A DNA stretch of 64,000 nt from Paraspadella gotoi (taxonomy: Eukaryota; Animalia; Chaetognatha). A model generated the notes under the pieces. The model was given only the letters and a program-made list of their open reading frames with translations. It had not been told where the DNA came from and ran no database searches. Shown here piece after piece: positions 25,001-37,000 of this stretch (the stretch's first letter is position 1; the number at the start of each line of letters is the position of its first letter). The stretch is from positions 5,873,621 through 5,937,620 of the forward strand of contig CM119264.1 in NCBI GenBank assembly GCA_051294375.1, given 5' to 3'. The translations under genes and the position numbers were made by a program.

Positions 25001-28000
25001 GCCGTCCTCCCATTTCACAATGCGGAAAATATTGAAATGCGCCCTTATGCCACATTACCCTACATCCCTGGAGTGACCCATCAGCTACAGCAGGCCTACG
25101 CGAGGTCAGGGGCCAATCTGTTCAGCAAGAGTGGTCTATAAATTTTCTTGTTCTTGCTCTGACAAAGCAATCTACGTTGGAGGAACTCGACGAAGCTTTG
25201 ACATTTGTGCGGAAGAACACCAGAAAACCGCTGAAAGCAGCTCTTCAAATCTCTCGGGAATCTCACAGCATAGAAAAAACTGTTCAGCGCCATTCGATTG
25301 GAAACCTGAGATCCTGTCGCAACCCAGAATAAAAAATCCAAAAAGCCTAAAACATCATCTCAAGGTTGAAGAGGCTTTGTGGATAAGGCGCCTAGACTGT
25401 GGCCCAGGACGTGGACATAATGATAATAATAATCTTGGATCCTATGTGAAAACAGACGTTTGGAAACCTGTTCTTGATGACTTTAAAAACAAGGAGGGGC
25501 GGGGGGGTGGAGGGATTAATCCCTGATTTTGGTCACTAACTTAATCATTTGGCCCTGAAGATGATCTGTCCAATGGATCGAAATATTGGTCATAAATAAA
25601 AATACTGTACCTGTACTCCCATGTGTAATCTCTATCAAAATCTGAATGAATATAACTGTTTTCCAACTATTTTAAAATAACATTCCAAGAAATAAAATAA
25701 AGTTATTTACAGGAACACTTGGAACGATTGCAATTTCATCAGATTGCAATGACCTCGTAAAGTTTGATGGAATTGATACTGTTCAAAACAGAACATCTTA
25801 TGCAACCTTTTCGAAACAAATATCGTTTACAATATCTCAACAATCACAACCAGCACTAGATCCCGGGAAAATTACCTATATAGCTTTGTATCTTGATTCT
25901 GAAAAGTTTGAAGAATATAAACCTCTTACTTTCCGAATCATGATAAAGCCATTAGAAAAAGAATTATTTCATGTTTACATAATGACAGTTCTGTCGGTAT
26001 TTTTAGGCTTGATGGTTTTAATATGGTACCATTGTATTTTTTTCTTAACTCGAGGGCATACGACTATGAAAAAAAAAATATCTTTAATAAGCACGGTAGT
26101 CAATTCCTGGTTCAATAACAATGACCAAACTTATACTTACTTAACTTTAATTTTTATCATCATATTTTTTATTCCGGGAGTACAAATTGTTATTGAGAAT
26201 TACTTATCGATGAAAATGACGGGAAACCGAGACAAATGTTTTTATAATGAACTGTGTTACATTCCTTTAGGGTAAGTCTTTGATATATGCACCATAATAA
26301 TTATAAAAAAATTATATTAATAATATATTGAGAAAAACAAAGTTTCTTTGTTAACAAAACGATTTTTTAATTAAAAACATGTTTAAACTGTTTTGCGAGT
26401 CATCATTTTTGAGCTTTTTTTAATCTTAAATTTTCACTTGAAGAGACAGTGATAATTGTTATGTGTTAATGACAGAACTGTTCAATATAAGCAGTCCCTG
26501 AGCTTCGGATCAGGCTGTAACACCGTGTTACAGGCGGGTTAAGCGCCCCGTCCCTCTTAACTGCTAGGCGACCACCGGGCTAGAACCCCGGACCTTTGGG
26601 TTGTGAGGCGAATGACGAGCCTCCGGCACCAATGGCCGCTGATGAACAGTTGGTGGATTTTAGTCCACCATACACTTCTTTTTCTCTTAATGTTTTTCTA
26701 TCGTATCTATTTCACTTTTCACGATTTAAATTTTCATAAATTTAGATTAAAAACTTTTACTTTACTTAAAATTTCTAATTTTAGTCTTTCAATTTATTAT
26801 TGTTGTACATTAATTATATGCAATCTTTTTCAAATAATTTCCCCTTCTCTATCTCAATTGACCTATTTCATTTCTCTTCAATCTCTTTCAATATCTCTTC
26901 TCCTCACTTTCGGCGAAAAGGTCATAGGACGGCTGACTAAAAATTCATCAACATTTTTCATTAAAAAATTGTTTGTTAACAAAAACTATTTTTCTCCATA
27001 AATATAAAAACGCAACAAAAATAAAGTTGAACATAATGTAAATAATAATATCTAAAATATGTAAAAATATTTATTAAAATAATGGTAAATACAATTTGCA
27101 ACACAATAACTTCCTAGTAATACATTTTGTAATATTTTTAATGTTTTTCAATTCTATTCTTAGGTATGGTTGGAACGTCCCGATTAACGCTCTTGCTTCA
27201 AACATTCCATACATGTTACATGGTGTAATGTTAATCCTGTATACTTTTTATCTTGAAATTAACTGCAAAAGTCAAAATCACAAGTTCTATGATTATAGCA
27301 CTTCATATGCTTTAGGAATTGCCCTAACTGGAGAAGGGGTATGTATAATACAGTGGAAAAAAAACTCGGTCAAAATAAACAAATTATATTTCTTAATTGT
27401 TACTCCCTACCAAAAAATGTTTTCTCTAAAGTTGGAGTACGCATAAATATATAAACGGTAAAGAAAAGAAGAGCACTACTTTTCGGTAGACAAGACTGAC
27501 ACAAAAATACTTGTTCACAAGGCTATACTTAGTATAGGGAAGGTTTCTAATAAAGCCATAGCACGCATAGATAATGATGGAGCATTTTTGAAGACCGCCT
27601 TAAGAGAAGAGAAACGCTAAGTGGAAAGCGGGCCGTGCTGGAAGCAAAGGATCCAGATGCCAACTAACGTTGATCCTGGTCCAAACCGAAAGTTTTCAAA
27701 AGCTTAAAAGGTACAAAATCAGCATTTTCTGCAATAAACATGTTGGGACCACAACGCGACACAGTAAAGCCAACTTTAAGGCCGCCTGGCAGAGGCCAAG
27801 GGAACCAGATCAATCACTTGATGCATATGCCATCTTTAAAGAGCAATTTTTGGTAGGAATCAGTCGAATGTTAGAATTTGAATATTAAATTTCCACTAAA
27901 AAAATTCTTAAAATTTTAAATAATTTGCAATAATCAAATCAATTTTTCTGTCAGGTATTTTCATGTGTTTACCATATTTGCCCAACAAGGTATAAATCAG

Positions 28001-31000
28001 TATTTTTTTTATTTTTTCAGCATATAAGTTGGTAAATGAAAATCTTTTAAAAAAATTAACAGGTCTATTTTTCAAATGGATACAGCCTGCATGTTTTTAA
28101 TATCTGCTTTACTAGTGGTCTCAGTGTATTATGGCTGGAGTTTTACAAAAAATGATAAAGATTTAGCTATGTTACTAAATCTTACTGAAGTTAATTCTAA
28201 CGACTATGTCGTAAAGCACATGAAATACTGGAAAACAAAAATTCAAAAAAATCCTAGACAACCTATTCCAGCATTAAAGTTGTTTCTTTTTTTTATATCT
28301 CCATTATTGATATTTAACTATGCTGGATCTCTAATTAACATGGACTTAAAAAGTAAAGAAATTGCTGGACTGAAAGACGCGGATAATCCCTTGAAAGCAA
28401 TTTTTGGCCCACTGGAAGCAATATGGTTTATTCTGCTGGTTTGTTGGGCATGCAATAAAAATCAAATGTTTGAAAAAAAGTAAGTGTTGCGATTTCCTCT
28501 TAATATAAAAGATAGCTATTTTGTAACAAGTACTTTTTATTTTAACTTGAATCTACCAACCGTTTCATTGGTCTCCAATTATTGGAAGTGGTCAATCTCC
28601 TTAATTATTTCATTTTTCCAGATCCCACGTGGTTGACAAAGAAGACCATGAAAGAAAAGAATTAAAAAGGCTCTCTCTCGTCGTTAAGGTAAAGTTTAGT
28701 GAGACAGAATTTATGTTTCCAAATGGAACCAGGATTCTTCATGGTTGTTCCCCACCAACAAGTGAGCATCTGCTCTGCAAATACGACATCTTCCGAGAGA
28801 AAAACAAAAGAGGAGTCCTCTTCCCCGCTTTCTCTTCCCACTCCCGTACGCTACCTCAGAACGCCGCCACGAGACAGAATCACTCGTAACCAGCAAACCA
28901 AGAGGGGGGAATCCCGCGAAGACTTCCGGTGAAGCGCCACGCCCACTTGACCAGACGTCGTAGAAGGGGGGATGAGAAGCCGCAAAACCAGTCCATGGAC
29001 AAAAACCGGGTCTGGAAAAACTGTCGGCCAGACAAGGCAACGGCCAAAAGAGCTGTCGGGCGATCAGTCGGCGTCCTTTGATGTCCATGAAGCCCCGCCC
29101 CTACTCTTGGGAGGCGGCGAAAACTTGCAAGGCCTGTAGGGACGGCGACCGGGACTATGCGGACTAGGCCGGAACAGGTTGAAAACTAGAAGTTCTCTCA
29201 AATAAATAATGATAAATGACTGTTAGAGAATATGAAAATAAAATAATTTTAAAAAATTATCTTATTAATAAGCGCACGAAGCATTTAAAGATTATTTTAT
29301 TACTATATAAAGTTAAAAATTGTTTTTGAATTTTTCAATTTTTTTTAATGGATTCTGATAGAGCTTTAAAAGTTAGATAAAGGTTATTAATACAAATTTT
29401 TAAAAATTTTTTTGTTTTATTGATAAAAATTTTAAAAAACTATAAAATTCAGCCAATGATGATGATGATGATTTTTTAACGTTTTTTCTGTTTTTAACCA
29501 ATTTCTTGTCAAAATTTTTAAAAATTGTAGTACTAACTTTCATTTAAACTTTTCAAGCTCTATAGGAATCCGTTCTTAAAAACTAATTTTTTTAAAAAAA
29601 TTTTTGTCATTTGTTATATTTAATAAATATTTAAAAGCTTCAGTGCAACAACCCAATGACTAATTCAAAAAGTTGCATTGAAAATCGATTTAGTAATAGA
29701 AGGAAAAAGGAATTTTTTGAGAGAATTAAAAGTTAATAAAAAGTGTTCAATTTTGGCCCGCCTTAATGCGGACTGCCACGCTCACGCTTGCGGCTAGCAG
29801 AACAGGCGCAATTGTGCGGCGCCCCGGAGCGGAGAAGCAAAGAATGGAACGCTTGAGTGACGTCTGTGGAATAGTCTCCAAAAAGAACGCTGTGGAAGGC
29901 GGAAAACTGGACAGAACTGTCTTGAGATCCAAAGGGGCAGCGTCGACTACCATGCGCCAAGTCCCGGAGAGGGCCGTGCCAAAAATGGTCGCCAAACCCG
30001 ATGAGGCGTCTCCAAGGGACTTGGCAAGATCATCAAGGTGGCCTGCGAGCGAAGAGCCTCGACCATGAGGCGGAGAGCGTCAGGGACAAAAATAATAGCA
30101 TGAGCGGATGCTCTGGCGTCTCTCAAGATGCGCTCCAAAGCCTAAAAAGGGCGTGTCGCCTTGGAGTCCTTCCGAACGGCGTCAAACTGAGCGGCAAGGC
30201 AACTTTCCTGAGCTGGAGGACGAAATTCCGCCGGCGAAGAAGAATCCAACCAGCGCGGAAAATATGTCCCACGATGGCAAAAGAACGTTGTCTGGGCTGA
30301 CTCAGTTTAAAAATACTTCAAGTAAATATGACTTTTGTTTTTTCCATTTAACTCATTTCCACTCGCACGATTCCATCGAAACTTTATATCCAGCTCAATC
30401 ACACACTTTCCTACCATCTATACAAAATTTCAAGTCAATTGCCCTATCCACTCATGAGCAATTGGCGTTCAATAGTGAAATTTATTTTTTATTTTTTCCA
30501 TTTAAACCAATTTCACTCGCACGATCCCTCGAAACTTCATATCCATCTCAATCAACACGAGTTTCCTACACCACACACAAAATTTCATACCAATCCATCC
30601 ATCCAATCACGAGTAATTGGAGTTTTTTGCTAAGGTGGGAGGACGGACAGACGGACAGACAGACGGATGGACGGACTTTTTTTTGCATAATTTGATGTTC
30701 GACGATGATATAAGTGCGTGCCCGACAATATTGAGGGGGCGGACCGACGGACCGACAAAGTGAATTATAGAGTCGGGATCTGCTGATAAGCAGCATCCGA
30801 CTAAAAACTAACTCACAAAAACCCACCCAACAAGAACAAGCGAGCCTGAGCCACCCTGCACTGGTGGTGCCAGGGGTGAACGGAGGGTGGTTGTTGGTGG
30901 GGAAGAACTACATGATAGAGTTTATGGTTCCGCATGGAACCGGGAGCCTGTAACAAGACCAGGCAAAGGCCCGACAAAACAAGAAGTTGAGTTAGGTGGG

Positions 31001-33569
31001 GCACAGGAAAACCCCTCTGTACGCTGAATGTACGCCTAAAAAAAGGCGAAAAAACAAAAGAACTCACCGCTGAGCGGCGAAACTCCTTAAATTAACGATG
31101 AACGCTAGAGAAAGAGTTGCTAATTTGGAGAAGGATGGCCTCCATCTGAGAAGGCACGGCCTCGGCCTGACCAGAACAGCCCGGAATGGCTGGCGGTAGA
31201 GGCGTTGACGAAATTAGCAAAAACTATAAAAATTATGGTACGACGAAGATGATGATGATTTAAAAGAGTTTTTCCATTATTTGACCCACTTATCATCGAA
31301 ATATTGAAAAACGCATTATACTTTGTGAAGACAACTTTTTATGGGCTATCTGAATCCGTTCTTAAAAAAAAAATTTAAAAAAAAAAATTTTATTGCTTAT
31401 GCATTGATAAATATTTAAATGCTTTAATGTTATACTGTGCTTCGCTAGTTAAAAAAGCGATATTACATATTGATTAAATATATGATGGACAAATGAATTT
31501 ATATTACAGAACTCTTAATGATAAAAAGTGATCAATTTGGCCCACCTTAATATCCAATAATGCTTAAAAATATTAAATACCACAAAAAGGCATAGAATTA
31601 TAAAAACAGAAAGGTTTTCTGAAAGAAGGATAAAAAAGGTTCAAGATCTTATATTACAAATTAGATTATGTACATTTGGTAAGGAACTGTATCAATATAA
31701 ATAAAGAATGTTTACATCGAAAAGGCGTCAAAGATAGGTAAACCGTAGAAGGTTGTTTTTCTCTGTATAAGCCCTTCAGATCGCTTACTATTGATTATTG
31801 AACCTTTCTTTTAAAATTAGATTACCGCTACTGGGTAAGGATATTTTCCTGGAGGCATGTGGCACCGTGCCACGTTTCAAAGAATATCTGTATTCGAAAG
31901 AACTCAAAAACGAATAAAAAAAATTCGCAGAATTCAAACAAAATAAATTCAAAGAATATTTTCGAAAAAATCGGGAGACTGAGCTCGAAAGCGCGAACAG
32001 AAGAAGTGATTGTCTCGTGGAAGCGTGCTGAGGAGAGGGGGAAGAGAAGGGGAGGAGAAGAGGAGATCCTCTTTCGTTTCGCTCTCGGGAGATGTCGCGT
32101 TTGCTGAACAGATGCTCCTTTGTTGGTGGGGAAGAGCTACCCTTTACCAACTCTTTTGGAACGAACCTTGGCATTTTAAAGATTGGGGCCTTTATGCCTC
32201 ATATCTCGAATTTTAAAAATACCCTCGATAGTCCTAGCTTTATAGCCATATGTACGTTAATTTCATTTGTTAAAATAGTTAAAACCATTTTAATCCTTTA
32301 GATTCTAGAATAAAATAAAATTCTAAATTCACTCAAGATTCTACTTGGATTGACCGCAGTGGCGAATTTTACAGCAGTTATGGCTTGCTTCCTTGAAAAA
32401 ATAGATTTTTCCCAAATATTTCTTTTTGGCTGCATTGGTGTGTCAATGATAAGTTTACTTGCAACAGAGAAGAAATTTCGTATCCAAATAAAATACAAAT
32501 ACGAAAAACAGGCAAGAAAACAAAACATACCGTACATTATTCAAAAATCACTTTCTCAAGAACTTGTATTTCAGAGGGAAAACGATCTTTATACGAAAGA
32601 AAAGGAAGCGGACAGAGGAGAAACAATTTTTTTAGTGTTGTCTCGACTTTATTATCTACTGTTTTTCTTGGTATGGTTTGGAGCCTTTTATTTCTTTGTC
32701 ATCGTCGGGTCGTCGGACAAGTCGGCACAGCCACACGTCTCTCGGACAAAAAACAAACCGTGCGTGATTTTTATTTGGGGTCCTCATGACGTTTGGCACT
32801 TTTTATCCTCACTGGGTCTACTCATGACTGCGCTAAGGTTTGAAATCGTCCAATTCTATACTGAAAGTCAATTTTTTTGTAATCACCTTCTTTAAACAGT
32901 TATTTTAAGAAAATTCATAAACAAACTTTTTTGTCAAAAGTACAATAATTTTTCATTTTTTCGTGTAAAAACACTTGACGCTAAAATGTTTATTATCCCA
33001 ATTGTTTTTATTGTTGGATTCAAATCCATTTACAATAAGTTTAATTCTTGTTTTCCAGGGGCCTATCCTTAGGATTTCCCTGTCGTCGGTGTCGCCTGGA
33101 TATTCTCTATTACGATCCGGATGGGATTCTCATGAACGAGAATAGGGAAGAGCCCCAGGATGTCGAAGTTGAAAATGAATTGGAAATGAAAAGACATCAA
33201 CAAGCTGCAGAAGCAGATATTTATATAAACGTAAGAAATGCAGAAAAATATTGGTTGATAATTTTTTTTTCATTTCAAAAAAAAAATTTTTTTTAAGACG
33301 CCATTTTTCTGTCCAAAGGACACGTCATTTAAAGACCATAAATAACAACAAAGTTTAATTGAAAAGGCGAAAATGATTGGCTATGTAATCCACAGTACTT
33401 CCGATACTAATTTTAAACTCAATTTTATATTTTTTTTTAGTCAAGAGAAGAAGAAGGCAGCGCAGGAGGCCGAATTCTAAACAACCACGAAGAACCCATC
33501 ATGCACTCTGTAAATAATCATTATGAAGAACCAGTTGATATTTATATGAATTTTAAAGAAATCAACTAA
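19036..33569 (+). CDS. SID-1/SIDT transmembrane family protein (divergent)
   Basis: Signal peptide. Exons ~19036-19491, 19593-19620, 20780-20947, 24150-24361, 25713-26271, 27163-27338, 27955-27990, 28063-28479, 28622-28688, 32338-32837, 33059-33230, 33441-33569. Family motifs GNRDKCFYNELCYIPLG, NALASNIPY, YALGIALTGEGVFSCVYHICPT, FQMDTACMF and SRTKNKPC...HDVWHFLSS correspond to SIDT GNQDICYYNFLCAHPLG, EGLLSACYHVCP, FQFDTSFMY and HDIWHFLSS. Confidence 0.9.
20640..20765 (+). repeat. Interspersed repeat shared with ~36640-36760 (ZMYND8 intron)
   Basis: gccttaaacc..c...gtccaaa.tcagg.gcaa.atagc.tatttattaaatgaatagataa.ttttatattg occurs at both places. Confidence 0.75.
21490..21822 (-). mobile_element. 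Partial copy of HINE-like family 1
   Basis: Near-identical to 14592-14920 (aaaatcttaaaagca..ggatcgtcgcaatcgcataagaaaaatctggattgacgac...). Confidence 0.75.
22024..22162 (+). mobile_element. tRNA-derived SINE-like repeat (inverted copy at 26495-26673)
   Basis: The two copies are reverse complements of each other. The 26.5 kb copy read on the minus strand has A-box-like tggtgccggag and B-box-like ggttctagccc. Confidence 0.5.
22297..23174. mobile_element. MITE with TTAA target duplication (Kolobok-like termini)
   Basis: TTAA|ggggaccaagtga ... tcactgggtcccc|TTAA: imperfect 13-bp TIRs starting GG, TTAA on both sides, AT-rich non-coding interior. Confidence 0.7.
23240..23660 (+). mobile_element. 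HINE/DINE-like element with (gtcc/gtct)n microsatellite; inverted copy at ~30320-30806
   Basis: actctataattcactttgtcggtccgtcgg...gtctgtccgtctgtctgtccgtcccaccttagcaaaaaac matches the reverse complement of 30620-30775. The 30.8 kb copy ends in hairpin agtcggga..tgct gata agca..tccgact followed by an A run. Confidence 0.65.
24362..24577. mobile_element. Minimal Penelope-like (pLTR-only) palindromic insertion with 12-bp TSD
   Basis: Perfect 90-bp inverted repeat (24395-24484 / 24490-24579, loop actca) preceded by a 33-nt extension. Direct repeat aagatgtaaatg at 24350-24361 and 24578-24589. Each arm carries a hammerhead core. Confidence 0.8.
24491..24535 (+). ncRNA. Minimal type I hammerhead ribozyme motif (mirror copy on minus strand at ~24439-24483)
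   Basis: CTGATGA-A-GGCTC-gtattgt-GAGCC-GAAA-CATG-TC: conserved core boxes, stem II, and the palindromic mini stem III typical of Penelope-associated hammerheads. Stem I is short. Confidence 0.7.
24715..25636 (+). mobile_element. 5'-truncated Penelope-like retroelement with GIY-YIG endonuclease remnant and inverted pLTRs
   Basis: ORFs LPYIPGVT and VYKFSCSCSDKAIYVGGTRRSFDICAEEH...GISQH...EALWIRR match a PLE GIY-YIG C-terminus. Inverted repeats at 24754-~24866 and ~25527-25634. Hammerhead-like CTGAAGA-T-GATC...GATC-GAAA at 25555-25583. TSD aaaatctgaatg at 24703-24714 and 25637-25648. Confidence 0.85.
26495..26673 (-). mobile_element. tRNA-derived SINE-like repeat
   Basis: Reverse complement of 22024-22162, with a B-box-like segment that the other copy lacks. 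Confidence 0.5.
28708..32140 (-). mobile_element. Second DIRS-like copy, interrupted by nested insertions
   Basis: Colinear with 8979-11714 (atggaacc.ggattcttcatggtt... at 28723; right ITR at ~31990-32140). Nested inserts at ~29170-29766, ~30300-30806 and ~31205-31880. Confidence 0.75.
29170..29766. mobile_element. AT-rich nested element; related partial copy at ~31205-31551
   Basis: Both share aaaactataaaa...gatgatgatg...aatccgttcttaaaaa...taaatatttaaa.gctt and end in tgataaaaagtg.tcaatt(t)tggccc.ccttaat. Confidence 0.6.
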
Positions 33570-34052
33570 TAACTGTCGTGTCTCGTGTGACATTAAAAAG
33601 TAACAAAATTCTAATTTTTGCTCTTGACAAAACATCAACATCCCCTTAATTTGAAATCAGCGTTTAAAATTTATTTCATTTATATCCATAATCTCGAATC
33701 TATGTGAATTTATCACGATGTACTTATCGATGCCTGGGCATTCAGACAAAATAAAGTCAAGTGACTGACCAATCCGAAGTTCGGGACCTTGTGTGCAACG
33801 GACGGTGAACAAGAGTTTGTTCCCGACACTACTCGCGGCATCGTCTTACCGTTAATACACCTCTGCCAGGGCATGTTAACACACCTATGCCCTCGACCAT
33901 CGTGTGTGAAGGCGGGAGCAAGAATAGGCATTAGGCAGCCCTTCCTTGAGTGCTCGGGCACAACGTGCTTTATTTAGCACGGCGTCGCTCGCTACAAGAG
34001 TTTCTCCCTCCCTTGTATCGCCATTGGGACGGACCTCAAATGACTCGCTCTT

Positions 34053-37000
34053 TCATAAACTTTCCCACATTTTACCCGTGGCAGTCCGCGCCCCCGGAGA
34101 CGGCGTGTAAATGTTGTGTTGGGAAAGCGCCGACGGAGGAGTGGCCACCGCTCCGACTGTGATTGCGGAAGCACCAGCAGAAATACCGACCCGACTAGGC
34201 GTGGAGGACTGAGAAGTATCGCGATTTCGTTGGCCGATTACTTGAACCTAAACGAATTGGATTAGACTTAGTCACCATTTTAACATAGATGTGATGAGCG
34301 GTATTTATTGTAGTAAAGTAAAGTAAAGTGTTAATACATTAGCAATACTTCGCATTCTGACCTCCGAGTCTCCGTCCCGATTCATTTTCTCTTCTTCCTT
34401 TTTAATCTTTTTCGCGTTCGGACCTTGAGCGCAAGTGGCCATGTGCACCGGCCAGTGCGCCTGTTGGCAGGGGTAATCGCAGTAAGAGGTGTTCCAGCAG
34501 CAGTAAAAGATAGCCTCCTGAAGAACCAGCGAAGTTTAAACAAATAAAATTAATCTCTGTAGATTAAATTTAACGTTAAAAATAAAAATCACAGTATATG
34601 CTCCATCCAAAATGAAGACCTTGAAACACTGAGAGCACCACTGCTTTTTTTTAGTCTCCTCGACGAGAAATTTTTTCTCGTCTTCCGATCTCCGCTTGAC
34701 CTCCTCGATTTCCCGGCTCCGGTCAAGATCCCAGACGGCCTGCCACTCGGCCATCGTCAGTTCCATGTTGTGCCGTAATTCCCGCATTTCCTGCGAGTGG
34801 AAAATCAAGAAAGAGGGGCAAAGAAAGATTTTAATGTAAAGTGTTAGGGGGCGAATACTGCGTGCCTAAGAAATAAAAGTACTTTAAAAAAATACTAATT
34901 AGTAATTTAAAGATCTGATAAGTTGGAGACATATTCGTGCGGACATCGATGGACTCGAGATGAAGAAAAATTTGCAATGAACATTTTAGGAACTGTTTTT
35001 CAATAATGACCGCTTTGATTTATCCTATTTGTTACTCTGTTTACATTTCAGATAAATGAGTAAATGAATACTGTGTTCTTGGTCAGCGTCTCCCTGTCAT
35101 ATTGTCCCTCGCTCCCACCTGCTTGTGGCACCACTTGAGCTCCTGCAAGGCCTCTTCGGTTCGCCTCTCCTCTGCCTTTTCATGTTCGCCGCCTACGACA
35201 CCGTTGACGGCCGCTGGGACGCTGTTGTTGTCGGCGCTGTTGGAGGAGGATGTGGCAGAGACAAGTTCGACGACGAGGTCCTCGACGCTCGCGCGGAGTC
35301 GGTCGAGCACGCGCGCCGTCAGCGCTTCAACGCGTGCATCGATCGGAGGCGCCCGAGATGACGGAGGGGGAACTATGGAATTAGGATGAAAAGAAATTGA
35401 TAATTATTGAGGAAATGAAACATAGCTATTTAACTATTAATCATGAACGTTGAACTTACGTTGTTCGGGGGACCTTTCCCCGTTCATATGCACGTGAGAG
35501 ACGCTCGGAACGGACTCTTGCCTCGGACGCGTCGAAGTTGCAATTCTGGTCGTTGTCGTTGAATTTGATGCTTCCGGCGTTATCTCTGTCGTACCGGTGC
35601 CCTCCGAAAGCGTCGAGGGCCAAGTGGACCGGCCGACATCGATGTTTACAAGTTGAACGCGCGGTGATCGAGTTGTCGTCGTACTCATGTTAGGGGAGAC
35701 AGTCGACGAATGATTCGCAGCGTCGCCTGACACAAAATAATTGATCGTTGAAAAAGGAATTAGGATCGAAAAACAAGGAGACGAAATTAAACAAACCTTT
35801 GGAATTTATGATGTTGTTGTTGTTGTTTTTGGATCGCTTTGATCGTGTTTTGCCGACTTCGCATTCTTCATCGCTGCTCGCCGAACTGGATCGCCGTCTT
35901 TGGGAAAAAAATTATCGTCATTAACATTATTCCTCTCACCTTTACTCTGCCTAAATTATCATTCTCGATGTCATTCTCCTCTTAAAGAAACTCCCATACA
36001 TTTCCCCTAAGCCCGTGCTTGCCTCGCCGGCCTTTTTCGACGAACGTCCAACTTGCGTCCCGTGTCGATGACTAGTTTTGAATCGTTCTCCGACTCTGAC
36101 GAACCCGAAGTCGCGTCCGGCTCGTCCTCGTCTTCGTCTTCCTCGTCGTCATCGGATGGCATCGTTCTGGTCGCTGGTCGTCGTTGTCGTCGCTGTCGTC
36201 TCCCCTGAATGAAATGACGGGAAAGTAGAGAAGGGATGGAGACAGAACATTCGACGTAGCGACCGTCGCCTCACCCCGTCCTCCTCTTCGGCCTCCGACG
36301 GACGAATCCCGCGATCTTTGGCTTTTTCGATCATCTTCGCCAATTGGTCGTTGGCTTTGGGGCGCATCGGTCGCCGACTTTCCGACGATTCCATCTCTAT
36401 ACAATCATATCAGATTTTAATTAGACCGAATCCAAAGAAAGGTTAAGTGAGGTGATATTAAACGGATTTAGTTCCTTAATTAACTAAATTTTACTAATAA
36501 TTTCTCTCTTACTACAAATACATTTGGTATTTTGTTTGTGGAAACCTGCTACGTGAGCCACCTTTACCCACCGATGTTTCTACATGAAAACCCCTCCAAC
36601 ATTTTGTTTGTGGAAACCTGCTACGTCATTATCTTTGTAAGAGTGATGGAGGCCTTAAACCACCAAAGCCTGTCCAAAGTCAGGGGCAAGATAGCTTATT
36701 TATTAAATGAATAGATAAATTTTATATTGGTTGTACCAATTTCATAAACAGTAGCGCTAAAATGGGTCATATTGATATTCTATTTCCTCTGTCTCGCACC
36801 TTCCATAGGTTCTTCCTTCCCCTTTTCGTTCTCCCCTTCCTCCTTGGCCGAACCACTAGTTCCTCCTTCTCCTCCTCCCCGCTCCGCCTTCATCAACTTC
36901 TCCTGAAGGCGAACGGCAACGTTGTCCTTCCTCTTCTTCCCCTTTTCCGACAACAACTTTCCCAGCGGAAGGATGAGCTTCTCGCCCTTTTCGGCTCCCA

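Noticed and set aside
27600-27890. Gag-like peptide (FKAAWQRPREPDQSLDAYAIFKEQFLVGI) in a SID-1 intron
   Set aside because: Suggestive of an LTR-retrotransposon relic, but too short, and no LTR pair or pol sequence is visible.
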